Origin: Candidatus Saccharimonadota bacterium
Lineage (GTDB): Bacteria; Patescibacteriota; Saccharimonadia; Saccharimonadales; UBA4665
Assembly (NCBI GenBank): GCA_016699935.1
Contig: CP064992.1
Coordinates: 450,001-482,000, forward strand
Direction of reading: 5' to 3'
Length of the DNA stretch: 32,000 bases
Shown here: one piece after another, positions 8,507 to 16,707 of the stretch
How the letters are laid out: each line of letters opens with the position of its first letter
Position numbering within the stretch: the first letter of the stretch is position 1
Notes under the pieces: model-generated
Database searches by the model: none
Told to the model about the DNA's origin: nothing
The model's input: only the letters and a program-made list of their open reading frames with translations
Made by a program: the position numbers and the translations under genes

Positions 8507-11155
8507 TTACGAGCCAATTTCGGCGAATCGATGTTGTTCGGCCTGTAAGCGAGCCAGAGTGGCTTCTGTTTCAGCAACCTGCGCTTTAGTCTCGTTCACG
8601 ACCTCTTTTGGCGCATGGTTGACATAGTTCTCGTTGCGTAAGCGGGCCTGCAGACTAGCCAGACGCTGCTGCTGTTCGTTAGTTTGAACCGCAAGCCTCT
8701 CCAGGTGCGCCTCGGCAATAGAGGCGTCTACATCAAGCCAGCACCGGTATGAAGTTGTGACCAGGTGCAACCCTGCGCCGTCGCTTACCTCTTGCACCCC
8801 CGCCAGACCGCTCATACGAGCTATAAGCTCTGCATTGCCACCCAGGAACGGAACATTCGTGTAATACAAATGGGGCTTGTGGAGCCCAAGGTCGCGGATT
8901 AGAGCGCGAGATTCTGTGACGATAGACCGTATTTCTTCAAAGTGGGCAGCGGCTTTCTTGTCCGCATGCACTGGTATTGGCCATGGCTGGACGGCCAGAA
9001 CGGTCGTTCCTGTCCATGGGAGTACCTGCCAAATGGTTTCGGTTACAAATGGCGCAAACGGGTGGGCGAGCTTCAACAATTGCTCCAGCACATACGCGAG
9101 GACCGTTCCTCCCTTTTCATTTTTGCTTGCCTCAATATACCAGTCGGCTACTTCATCCCAGACGAAGTGGTACAGCGTATCGTAAGCTTCGCTAAAGCGG
9201 TAGGCATCCAGATGGGCAGAAATTACCTCTGTTGTACGTTGTAAATTACTCAACACCCAGTGTTCGGCATCGGTTGTTGGCTCGGGTTTTGTAAGTTCGG
9301 TTAACTCCCCTACCCTATCGATGGTGTAGCGAGAAATATTCCAAATCTTATTGCAGAAGTTGCGGTTGGCTTCTATTTTGCCCCACCCCCAGTTTTGGTC
9401 ATTGCCCGGGCTTACTCCCATGATGAGTGCCATGCGAAGCGCATCGGTGCCGTATTTGGGTATGACATCTAATGGGTCGATAATGCTTTCCGGTCGGCTT
9501 TTACTCATCTTCTTGCCGTCTTCGGCGCGAATAAGACCGTGTAAGTATACCTTTTGGAATGGTACCTCTCCGGTCATAAATGTGGTCGAAAGAATCATGC
9601 GGGCTACCCAGAAGAACAATATATCCCAGCCAGTTTCCATCATGGATGTTGGATGATAGGTCTGGAAATCTTTACTCTGTTTCAGCACGTCCTCAAACGG
9701 AATATTCATATCCGCTGCCAGCTCTTGGTCAATAAGCGTGCTCCATGTCCATAGGGCAGAGCTAAACCAGGTATCGAGTGTATCTGGGTCTTGTTCCCAC
9801 TGGTTCCAGCCCTGAGATTCGTCATCGGCAGGTGGCGTCAGTCCGACGAATGTTTCGACCGTACCATCGGTGTCCGTCCGGTACCACGCTGGTATGCGAT
9901 GCCCCCACCAGATTTGGCGGCTAATACACCAATCTCGAAGGTTGTCTATCCAGTGGAAGTAGATTTTTTCGAATCGTTTCGGCATGATTTCAATGTCGCC
10001 GTCGCGTATGACTAACTGCATGACCTCTTTCAGGCTGCGTTGCTTCCCTTTCCATTCCACGGCGGGCGTATTCACATCGACAAACCACTGCAAGCGTACT
10101 TGTGGCTCTATAACGCCCTTGCCACGCTCGTTCGTCGCGACGTTATGAACGTAGTTATCGTCGATGCTGACTAAAAGCCCCTTCTCTTTCAGTTTTGCAA
10201 CAATTTTCGGCCTCGCTTCGGCGATTTCCATACCGGCGAATTCCCCGGCTATAGGTAAAAGTTTCCCGTGAAAATCGATAATCTGTTCTTTGTCGAGCCC
10301 GTGACGCTCTGCTATATCGAAGTCAACGAGGCTATGCCAGGGCGTAATGGTCATCACGCCCGTACCAAAGGAGGGGTCGACCGCCGCATCTTTAATGATG
10401 GTTGCGTGGATCGGGCCGTTTATCCATTCTACGGATAGCGTATCGCCATGTGTGTACTGTGAGTAGCGTTCGTCGTCTGGGTGCATTACAACGTATTTAT
10501 CACCGAATTTTGTTTCTGGGCGTGCCGTACCTATTTCGAAAGGCCCGTAGCGAAATGTGTAAAACTTCCCCTGCTCTTCTTCGTACGAAACTTCGTCATC
10601 AGACACGTTCGTCTCTAGGTTTGGATCCCAGTTGACGATACGATGACCTCTGTAAATAACACCTGCTTCATACATTTTCACAAAGGTTTCTGTGACGCAG
10701 CGGTTGAGGGCTTCGTCTAGTGTGTAACGCAAGCGCGACCAGTCACAGCTTGCTCCCATAGCACGCATCTGACCCAGCATTGTTCCCCTGCTCTCTCCGA
10801 CAAACTCGCGGGTACGTTCCAGAAAAGCGTCGCGACCAATGTGATGCTTAGTGGTGCCCTCATTTGAAAGTTTCTTTTCCATAATGGCATTTACTGCCAA
10901 AGCGGCGTGGTCGGTGCCAGGCAGCCATAGGACATCCTTACCCTGCTGCCTTTGGTAGCGTGCCATGATATCTTGGAGCGTCAAAAACAAGGCATGCCCG
11001 AGGCTGAGCGTGCCAGTTTCGTTCGGCGGAGGCATGGAAATAGAAAATCGTTCCTTGTGCGACTCTGGGTCGGCCGCGAAAACCCCGCTCTGTTCCCACA
11101 AGGCATAAATGTCACTCTCGTACTCACTTGGTTCATAGACTTTCGATAGTTGCAT
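8507..11155 (-). CDS. valS: valine--tRNA ligase
   Basis: ORF 8507..11188. Start chosen at ATG 11155 (MQLSKVYEPSEYE). PPPNETGTLSLGHA (HIGH-type), PGTDHAALA, KMSKS, and the C-terminal coiled coil typical of ValRS. No frame breaks. Confidence 0.93.
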   Translation of the reverse strand: MQLSKVYEPSEYESDIYALWEQSGVFAADPESHKERFSISMPPPNETGTLSLGHALFLTLQDIMARYQRQQGKDVLWLPGTDHAALAVNAIMEKKLSNEGTTKHHIGRDAFLERTREFVGESRGTMLGQMRAMGASCDWSRLRYTLDEALNRCVTETFVKMYEAGVIYRGHRIVNWDPNLETNVSDDEVSYEEEQGKFYTFRYGPFEIGTARPETKFGDKYVVMHPDDERYSQYTHGDTLSVEWINGPIHATIIKDAAVDPSFGTGVMTITPWHSLVDFDIAERHGLDKEQIIDFHGKLLPIAGEFAGMEIAEARPKIVAKLKEKGLLVSIDDNYVHNVATNERGKGVIEPQVRLQWFVDVNTPAVEWKGKQRSLKEVMQLVIRDGDIEIMPKRFEKIYFHWIDNLRDWCISRQIWWGHRIPAWYRTDTDGTVETFVGLTPPADDESQGWNQWEQDPDTLDTWFSSALWTWSTLIDQELAADMNIPFEDVLKQSKDFQTYHPTSMMETGWDILFFWVARMILSTTFMTGEVPFQKVYLHGLIRAEDGKKMSKSRPESIIDPLDVIPKYGTDALRMALIMGVSPGNDQNWGWGKIEANRNFCNKIWNISRYTIDRVGELTELTKPEPTTDAEHWVLSNLQRTTEVISAHLDAYRFSEAYDTLYHFVWDEVADWYIEASKNEKGGTVLAYVLEQLLKLAHPFAPFVTETIWQVLPWTGTTVLAVQPWPIPVHADKKAAAHFEEIRSIVTESRALIRDLGLHKPHLYYTNVPFLGGNAELIARMSGLAGVQEVSDGAGLHLVTTSYRCWLDVDASIAEAHLERLAVQTNEQQQRLASLQARLRNENYVNHAPKEVVNETKAQVAETEATLARLQAEQHRFAEIGS

Positions 11156-11162
11156 ACTCACT

Positions 11163-11171
11163 ATTGTACCA
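11163..11171 (-). promoter_or_regulatory. extended -10 (TGgTACAAT) 7 nt upstream of valS ATG
   Basis: The complement of 11163-11171 is TGGTACAAT. The start codon is the complement of 11153-11155. Confidence 0.5.
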
Positions 11172-11640
11172 CCTCTGTTAGATTTCATCTACAAAGCCAA
11201 TATTCTTATGCGAAGATGGTTACATGCTCAGGTTTGGGTGGATGTCGAGGGTGTAGGGGTCGGCGGTGGGGCGGGCTAGTTTCATGTGAAAACAACCGAG
11301 AGTGGCTATCATGGCGCCGTTATCAGTGCACAGACGAGTGTCGGTGTAGGCAATGGGGCAGGGGAGACGTTCGGTGAGCTGACGGCGCAGTTCGAGGCTG
11401 GCAGCAACCCCTCCAGCGATGACGACACTGGCGGGCGAAAACTCTTCGTACGCCAGCAAGGCTTTATCGACAATCGTCTCAATGGCAACGCGCTGGAAAC
11501 TGGCTGCTATGTCGGCCTTCTGAGCCTCAGAAAGCCGTTCTGGCAGGTTTTTAGAGGGAAACGTGTGATCTTCACCTATCAACTGCTGGGCAGTGCGTAA
11601 CACGGCTGTTTTGAGGCCGGAGAAGGAAAAGTCATAGGAA

Positions 11641-11703
11641 GGGCTGAGGGTTGAGGGCTGAGGGCTGAGTCCACTTTGCCCTTTGCTCTTTGCTCTTTGC
11701 TTT
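11641..11703. repeat. two blocks of 4 tandem heptanucleotides inside tsaD
   Basis: GGGCTGA GGGTTGA GGGCTGA GGGCTGA (11641-11668), linker GTCCACT, then TTGCCCT TTGCTCT TTGCTCT TTGCTTT (11676-11703). 11641-11664 is a G3N4G3N4G3N4G3 motif on the + strand. Confidence 0.9.
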
Positions 11704-11969
11704 CGTAAGGCGAGAAGCTCAGGGCTCACACCGTTCATTTTGGCTTTGGGGAAATGAAACGCGTCCGGATTACCCTCTAGTGCTTTCTTACTGATGTTGG
11801 GGCCACCGGGGTAGGGAAGGCCAATAATTTTTGCAACCTTATCAAACGCCTCGCCTATGGCGTCATCGTGTGTCTGCCCAAGCAGGGTGTAGTCAAAATG
11901 GTCGCGAAAGAGTACCAGCTGCGTGTGGCCACCGCTGACTATGAGGGCGAGCAGTGGGAACGGAGGGAC

Positions 11970-12060
11970 GGTAGACGGTAGATGGTAGGGGGTAGGTTTT
12001 GGAATTTGGAATTTAGAATTTAGAGTTTGTTTGAGATTTGGTGCTTGGCGCTTGGTGCTT
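11970..12060. repeat. three concatenated tandem-heptanucleotide blocks inside tsaD
   Basis: GGTAGAC GGTAGAT GGTAGGG GGTAGGT (11970-11997). TTTGGAA TTTGGAA TTTAGAA TTTAGAG, plus degenerate TTTGTTT GAGATTT (11998-12039). GGTGCTT GGCGCTT GGTGCTT (12040-12060). Confidence 0.9.
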
Positions 12061-12447
12061 TCGCCAACCTTTGTCAAAAAGTTAGCGTAGACGTGGGCTT
12101 CAACGTGGTTAATTGCGTATAGTGGTTTTTTATGCACGATTGCCAAAGTGCGAGTGGTCAGCACTCCTATCAGCAGGGAGCCACCAGCCCGGGGCCATAG
12201 GTAACGGCTATAGCGTCTATATCGTCCCCAGGTGCAACCTGCTCTCTGTTAAAGCATCATCCACGACGGAATTGACCGCCTCTATATGACTGCGAGCTGC
12301 GATCTCAGGTACTACACCGCCGTACTGCGCCTGCAGCTCCATACTGCTTGCCACAACGTTCGATAGCAGCGTATCGCCGTCTTTACGACAGCCGCCGCGG
12401 TTTCATCACAACTAGTTTCTAGCCCAAGGATAATCATCTGTTACCCC

Positions 12448-12456
12448 AGTATATCA
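12448..12456 (-). promoter_or_regulatory. extended -10 (TGaTATACT) 10 nt upstream of tsaD ATG
   Basis: The complement of 12448-12456 is TGATATACT. The start codon is the complement of 12435-12437. Confidence 0.45.
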
Positions 12457-12505
12457 AATATCGTTGTAAAACATTTGACAAGCGCGCAAACAAGCATAAT
12501 AATAA

Positions 12506-12534
12506 TTGACAAAAAGCTTAAGATTTGCTAATAT
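12506..12534 (+). promoter_or_regulatory. near-consensus sigma70 promoter of the PP2C-like gene
   Basis: TTGACA (12506-12511), exactly 17 nt, TAATAT (12529-12534). A second TTGACA lies at 12475-12480 with TAATAA 16 nt downstream. Confidence 0.6.
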
Positions 12535-12555
12535 ACACATGTTAAAACACAAAAC

Positions 12556-12569
12556 AAAAAAAAAAAAAA
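12556..12569 (+). repeat. A14 homopolymer in the predicted 5' leader
   Basis: 14 consecutive A between the -10 (12529-12534) and ATG 12601. Confidence 0.9.
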
Positions 12570-12600
12570 TAACATAACCTCTTAGGAATAGATAACAATC

Positions 12601-15156
12601 ATGGCATCACCAGGCGAAGGAATCCCACCCGCAATAGACCCGACCGACCAAGCTGGCCAGGCTATTGACCCAGCCTGTAGATTCGACGGGTCCTTTACTC
12701 CTGAGTCGGTTGAAGATCTGCAGCAAACGATGCAAAGAGTAGCCGATGGAGTGAAGAGCGGGATTCAATCACCCGTTGACCTTGCCGCTCTAGATAGATT
12801 ATCCGCTTGTGTTAGAAGTGAAGAAGTATACGTTCCAGAATCTAATGATCAAACGGCTCAACCTGATGCTGATGAGATTTTGTACGTGCCTCAAACGAGC
12901 TATACCCGTACAATAACAGACGGAAAAGGCAATAAGGTCGTGGAGGAAATTGATCCTGAAATCGGTAAGGCACTCGATGATTATAAATCGGCTAGATTGG
13001 CGAAGGATTTACATACTGCTTGGTCACAACCTGGGGCTGGCAGCGGCGCAAGGGGACAGACTGATCCTAGGCCAGGCCGTCCGGTGAAGCCACATAAACC
13101 AGCTGTCACGCCAAGTCCTATAGGTTCTGCAGCTAAAGGCGGTCGTCCATCAGCAGCGGCGACCCCGGCCGCCAGTAGTCCCGGGTCAGGGAAGCCTGCC
13201 CCACGTGGTTCTGGTGCTGAAACACAGGCTCCGGGGAAAGCCGAGCATAAAGAAGCCGCCAAAGTCGCCCCCAAACGAGGAAAGGGGCGAACAGGTCCTG
13301 ATTCGTCTGAACCAATCCAAGCCAGTCCAACACCGCCAGAGCAACGAAAAACTCCCGAAACAAGAAAACTAAATCACCCGCTTCGTTCGGTTGTAGCGCA
13401 GCGTGCGCCGCGTGGTGAGGACGTGGTTACTGAGGAGCGCGGATTGTATGCTGTTTTTGGGGCTGTCAGCCAGGCTAAAAATGCTCAAAAGGCCACCAGA
13501 AGTGCTGAAAAAGCCATAAGAGACTACTATGCTGTAGAGGCAGAGCCGCCCAAGAGCCCAGCTGATGCGGCAGCTCGTATGAAAGCTGCATTTATCCAAG
13601 CACAAGAAGCATTACCTCGTGACGGTAGTGGCGGGGTTGCGTCTGCCACTGTTGCAAAGGTTGAACACATAGAGGGGAAGGATTATCTGATAACGGGAAG
13701 TATTGGAAACTCGCCAATCATGCTGTGGCGTAATGGTCAGCTAACACCCATAGGAGAAGTGCAAGACAATGGTGAGTATATGACTGACGGCTTAGGTCAT
13801 CCGCATCATAAGGACGGAAAAGAAGGCGGGTTTCATAGCGTTGAGCTTCAACCTGGGGATATGGTGCTTCTCGCTTCTGGTGGCACACTTAGTAATAATC
13901 CCGACCATGTAGCCGCTCGCGGAAGGGATCTGTCAGCACAGCTCCAACGTGAATATGGAGATGTGTTTACCACTGCAGCGCTTGGGAATGGTACAGATGC
14001 AAAGCCTGCCGAGCGCGCAGTTGAACTCTGCTGCACATTAGGGAAAGCAGGCGCAGATAAATCGGCAATTCTCTTGCAGTATGGTGAAGTCATGAAACCA
14101 CGTCCGCTCGATGTCAGGTCTGGCGAAGGCAGAACGTTCCTTCGCATTCGCGAATCATTCAACCGAACTGACTATACGCATCTCGCCTTTAGCGGTGCCG
14201 ATGATGCACGGGGCATTTACAGTGCCTACAATGTACGGAAGATTCCTCAGGTGAGTAGCCAGCGTAGTCCTGCTAAAGCCGCACAACAAAGAGCACGCCT
14301 TTTCTTAGAAAATCAGCCTCAGCCCCGTGATTTGGAACAGGCTGTGAATCAGATGCATGATGCAATGGCGCATAGCTCAGAGGCAACTGACCTATACGGT
14401 AATCGCAATGATGCCGAAGGGGTTCTGACACGAATCGTAGAAGTGAACGGCGAACCCTATCTTGTGGCGGCTCGTGCAGGCGATGGTATGGCGGCAGTCT
14501 ATCGTGACGGCAGGTTGGCGGATGCGTTTGAAGGCGTAGATTTGGTGAGTCACGTGAACCGAGAGGGTCATGAGATTGCCGTTCGTAAACTTGAACGTGG
14601 CGATAAAATTCTAATTGCTTCAGCCGGTATATTTGGCAATGGTGATGTTCCGCGTGATGATGCCGCTACACGGGCATATAGCCTGAACAATGTGAGTATT
14701 CGAGATATCTTAGGAGCAGAAGATGACCCACGGGTAGCGGCTCAGCGGTTCTTAGACGAATATGGCCAAGCAGGGAGGAATGCTCAAACTGGCGCTCAGG
14801 GACGGAACTTTAGAGAGAAAGTAGCCATTGTTATACAAGTAGGTCAACCAGATCCATTTGCTAGAGAACGGGAACGACTTGACCCGGTAGGCCCCGGGAT
14901 ATATGACCCTTTAGAGCGCGGACCTGGTTTATTGCAACCCGCACAAGTGGCCGAACAGCAAGCTAGCTTGAGGCTAGGGGGAGAAGCGCTCGGCGAATAT
15001 ATTGAATATGACGAGGCAGTAGCGCTTAAAGGGCTCGGTAGAGCAGTGCATTGGTTGCAAGACCGTCGTTCTAGACAAGCAGAAAAAAAGGCAAATTACC
15101 GCGGCCCTCATGCTTCTGTGCTTCCTGGTGCAACTCCAAACCGAAAAAAGCGGTAG
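12601..15156 (+). CDS. large protein with Pro/Ala/Lys-rich N-terminal region and two degenerate PP2C (PPM)-like domains
   Basis: Uninterrupted 851-aa ORF. Domain 1: RGEDVV..LYAVFGAV..., GGVASATVAKV, GSIGNSPIMLWRNGQLTPI, LQPGDMVLLASGGTLSN, ADKSAILLQY. Domain 2: AARAGDGMAAVYRDGRL, LERGDKILIASAGIFGNGD, EKVAIVIQV. Order and spacing follow PPM motifs, but the metal-binding Asp positions (DG, GDS, SDG, DN) are largely replaced. Confidence 0.75.
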   Translation: MASPGEGIPPAIDPTDQAGQAIDPACRFDGSFTPESVEDLQQTMQRVADGVKSGIQSPVDLAALDRLSACVRSEEVYVPESNDQTAQPDADEILYVPQTSYTRTITDGKGNKVVEEIDPEIGKALDDYKSARLAKDLHTAWSQPGAGSGARGQTDPRPGRPVKPHKPAVTPSPIGSAAKGGRPSAAATPAASSPGSGKPAPRGSGAETQAPGKAEHKEAAKVAPKRGKGRTGPDSSEPIQASPTPPEQRKTPETRKLNHPLRSVVAQRAPRGEDVVTEERGLYAVFGAVSQAKNAQKATRSAEKAIRDYYAVEAEPPKSPADAAARMKAAFIQAQEALPRDGSGGVASATVAKVEHIEGKDYLITGSIGNSPIMLWRNGQLTPIGEVQDNGEYMTDGLGHPHHKDGKEGGFHSVELQPGDMVLLASGGTLSNNPDHVAARGRDLSAQLQREYGDVFTTAALGNGTDAKPAERAVELCCTLGKAGADKSAILLQYGEVMKPRPLDVRSGEGRTFLRIRESFNRTDYTHLAFSGADDARGIYSAYNVRKIPQVSSQRSPAKAAQQRARLFLENQPQPRDLEQAVNQMHDAMAHSSEATDLYGNRNDAEGVLTRIVEVNGEPYLVAARAGDGMAAVYRDGRLADAFEGVDLVSHVNREGHEIAVRKLERGDKILIASAGIFGNGDVPRDDAATRAYSLNNVSIRDILGAEDDPRVAAQRFLDEYGQAGRNAQTGAQGRNFREKVAIVIQVGQPDPFARERERLDPVGPGIYDPLERGPGLLQPAQVAEQQASLRLGGEALGEYIEYDEAVALKGLGRAVHWLQDRRSRQAEKKANYRGPHASVLPGATPNRKKR

Positions 15157-15195
15157 TACTTAGACGGGGTAATTTATTGCGGACATAATATTTTG

Positions 15196-15201
15196 TATAC
15201 T
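15196..15201 (+). promoter_or_regulatory. -10 hexamer TATACT 8 nt upstream of murE ATG
   Basis: TATACT 15196-15201, AAGAGCAT, then ATG 15210. Confidence 0.45.
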
Positions 15202-15209
15202 AAGAGCAT

Positions 15210-16577
15210 ATGAATATACGCAGTATGGTGAAACGGGTGGTGCCTAAGGGGGTGTTTGGGAAGGTGGAGCCGGTGGGGCATCTGGTGGAGGCGGTGTTGT
15301 GGAATGTGGTGTATGGGTTTCCGGGCAGGGGGTTAAAGGTCATCGGAGTGACGGGCACAAATGGTAAAACCACAACTTCCTTTCTGGTACACCACATGCT
15401 TGTGGAGGCGGGTTACAAGGCTGGGCTGATGACGACAGTGGCATACGGGGTCGGCACAAACATTACGCCCCAGGTGCACCATATGACCAATGTGGGGCCA
15501 CGTGAGCTGATGGTGCGGCTGAAGAAGATGAAAGCCGAGGGCATGGATTGGCTGGTGCTAGAAACAACTTCGCACGCGCTGGCGCAGCACAGGACGTGGG
15601 GTGTGCCGTATAGCATTGCTGTAGTTACGAACATTACGCATGAGCACCTGGACTACCATAAGACGTTTGAGAATTATCGCGCAGCCAAGAGGCGACTATT
15701 TGAAATAACGCAGCGGAACGCGCGTGGGAGGCGTCTGGGGGTGGTCAATGCCGATGACGCTCAGAGTGTCGACTTCGGGCAGGAAACCGAAAACAGGGTA
15801 TCGTACGGCGTCGAGGCGGGCGATGTACGGGCAACTGACGTGAGACTACGAGCCGACGGCATTTCATACACTGCAACTGCTGGAACGGAAACCTATCATA
15901 TCACTAGCCAGTTGCCAGGCAGTTTCAATGTATACAACACCTTGGCGGCGGTGTGTGTGGGGCAGGCCGTGGGGCTCACGCGCGAACAAGTAGAGCAGGG
16001 AATTGCATCGCTCGCAGGCGTAGAAGGGCGTATGACCGCACTAGATGAAGGACAGCCATTTTCGGTAGTGGTGGACTACGCGCATACTCCAGACAGCTTC
16101 GAGAAACTTTTAAAAGATATGCGGCCGGTGGTAAAAGGTAAACTGATAGTCATGTTCGGATCAGCTGGCCGCCGCGACGAGGCCAAACGGGCGGTGCAAG
16201 GTGAGCTGGCAGGGAAGTATGCCGATGAAGTCGTTGTGACCGAAGAAGATGATCGCGACTGCGACGGTTTGGAGATTATGAACCAGATTGCTTCTGGCTC
16301 CGAGAAGGCGGGCAAGGTGCGCGAAAATAATCTTTTTCTGGTGCATGATCGGACAGAGGCGATTCAGTTTGCGGTTGCCCGAGCAGAACATGCCGACGAT
16401 GCTGTTTTACTTTTAGGAAAAGGTCACGAGAAAGACATCTTACGCAATGGCCATCGTGCTGCCGAATTTCGCCACCTCAAACAAGATGACACCAACCCCG
16501 AGCGTGTTGTCTCTATGCCGTGGGACGAAATAGGTACCACCAAAGACGCCCTACGCTCTCTCAAGAACAAAAAGTAA
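15210..16577 (+). CDS. murE: UDP-N-acetylmuramoyl-L-alanyl-D-glutamate--diamino acid ligase
   Basis: 455-aa ORF. VIGVTGTNGKTTT P-loop, VVDYAHTPDSF, GSAGRRD, LLGKGHE. The amino-acid specificity motif is atypical (TEEDDRDCD instead of DNPR). Confidence 0.88.
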   Translation: MNIRSMVKRVVPKGVFGKVEPVGHLVEAVLWNVVYGFPGRGLKVIGVTGTNGKTTTSFLVHHMLVEAGYKAGLMTTVAYGVGTNITPQVHHMTNVGPRELMVRLKKMKAEGMDWLVLETTSHALAQHRTWGVPYSIAVVTNITHEHLDYHKTFENYRAAKRRLFEITQRNARGRRLGVVNADDAQSVDFGQETENRVSYGVEAGDVRATDVRLRADGISYTATAGTETYHITSQLPGSFNVYNTLAAVCVGQAVGLTREQVEQGIASLAGVEGRMTALDEGQPFSVVVDYAHTPDSFEKLLKDMRPVVKGKLIVMFGSAGRRDEAKRAVQGELAGKYADEVVVTEEDDRDCDGLEIMNQIASGSEKAGKVRENNLFLVHDRTEAIQFAVARAEHADDAVLLLGKGHEKDILRNGHRAAEFRHLKQDDTNPERVVSMPWDEIGTTKDALRSLKNKK

Positions 16578-16626
16578 GAAACACAACATAACAACAGATA
16601 GAACCCCTCAATTTGAACTAATCATC

Positions 16627-16641
16627 GGAGGACTGTCCTCC
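16627..16641. repeat. palindrome GGAGGAC-T-GTCCTCC downstream of murE
   Basis: Perfect 7-bp arms. Shares the 13-nt core GAGGACTGTCCTC with 17568-17590. There is no U-tract. Confidence 0.7.
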
Positions 16642-16673
16642 CAAAAGAGTTTTGCGGGTGTTGGCTTGTTAAG

Positions 16674-16682
16674 TGGTACATT
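16674..16682 (+). promoter_or_regulatory. extended -10 (TGgTACATT) for the SPFH gene
   Basis: TGgTACATT at 16674-16682. AAGGGGG SD just before ATG 16708. Confidence 0.45.
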
Positions 16683-16707
16683 ATAGATAAGTAATTAAGG
16701 GGGCAAT

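Larger units (their letters stand above)
11220..12437 (-). pseudogene. tsaD: tRNA N6-adenosine threonylcarbamoyltransferase TsaD, with N-terminal frame breaks and two repeat-built insertions
   Basis: ORF 11220..12164 holds the core: INHVEAH, LALIVSGGHTQL, DDAIGEAFDKVAKIIGLPYPGGP, YDFSFSGLKTAV, CTDNGAMIA. The N-terminus ([18 protein letters not shown]..., [25 protein letters not shown], ...[11 protein letters not shown]) is recoverable from 12437 downward only with >=4 frame switches. Confidence 0.88.

Noticed and set aside
8877-10635. Several 65-102-aa ORFs on the + strand inside valS
   Set aside because: They are antisense to a strongly conserved uninterrupted gene. They have no SD or promoter signals and a biased, non-protein-like composition.
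11641-12060. Heptamer arrays as a possible CRISPR array or minisatellite locus
   Set aside because: The units are 7 nt with no unique spacers, and they lie inside an open conserved ORF. This is not CRISPR architecture.
12981-14162. Minus-strand ORFs (76-104 aa) inside the PP2C-like gene
   Set aside because: They are antisense shadows of a GC-richer coding region with no initiation signals.
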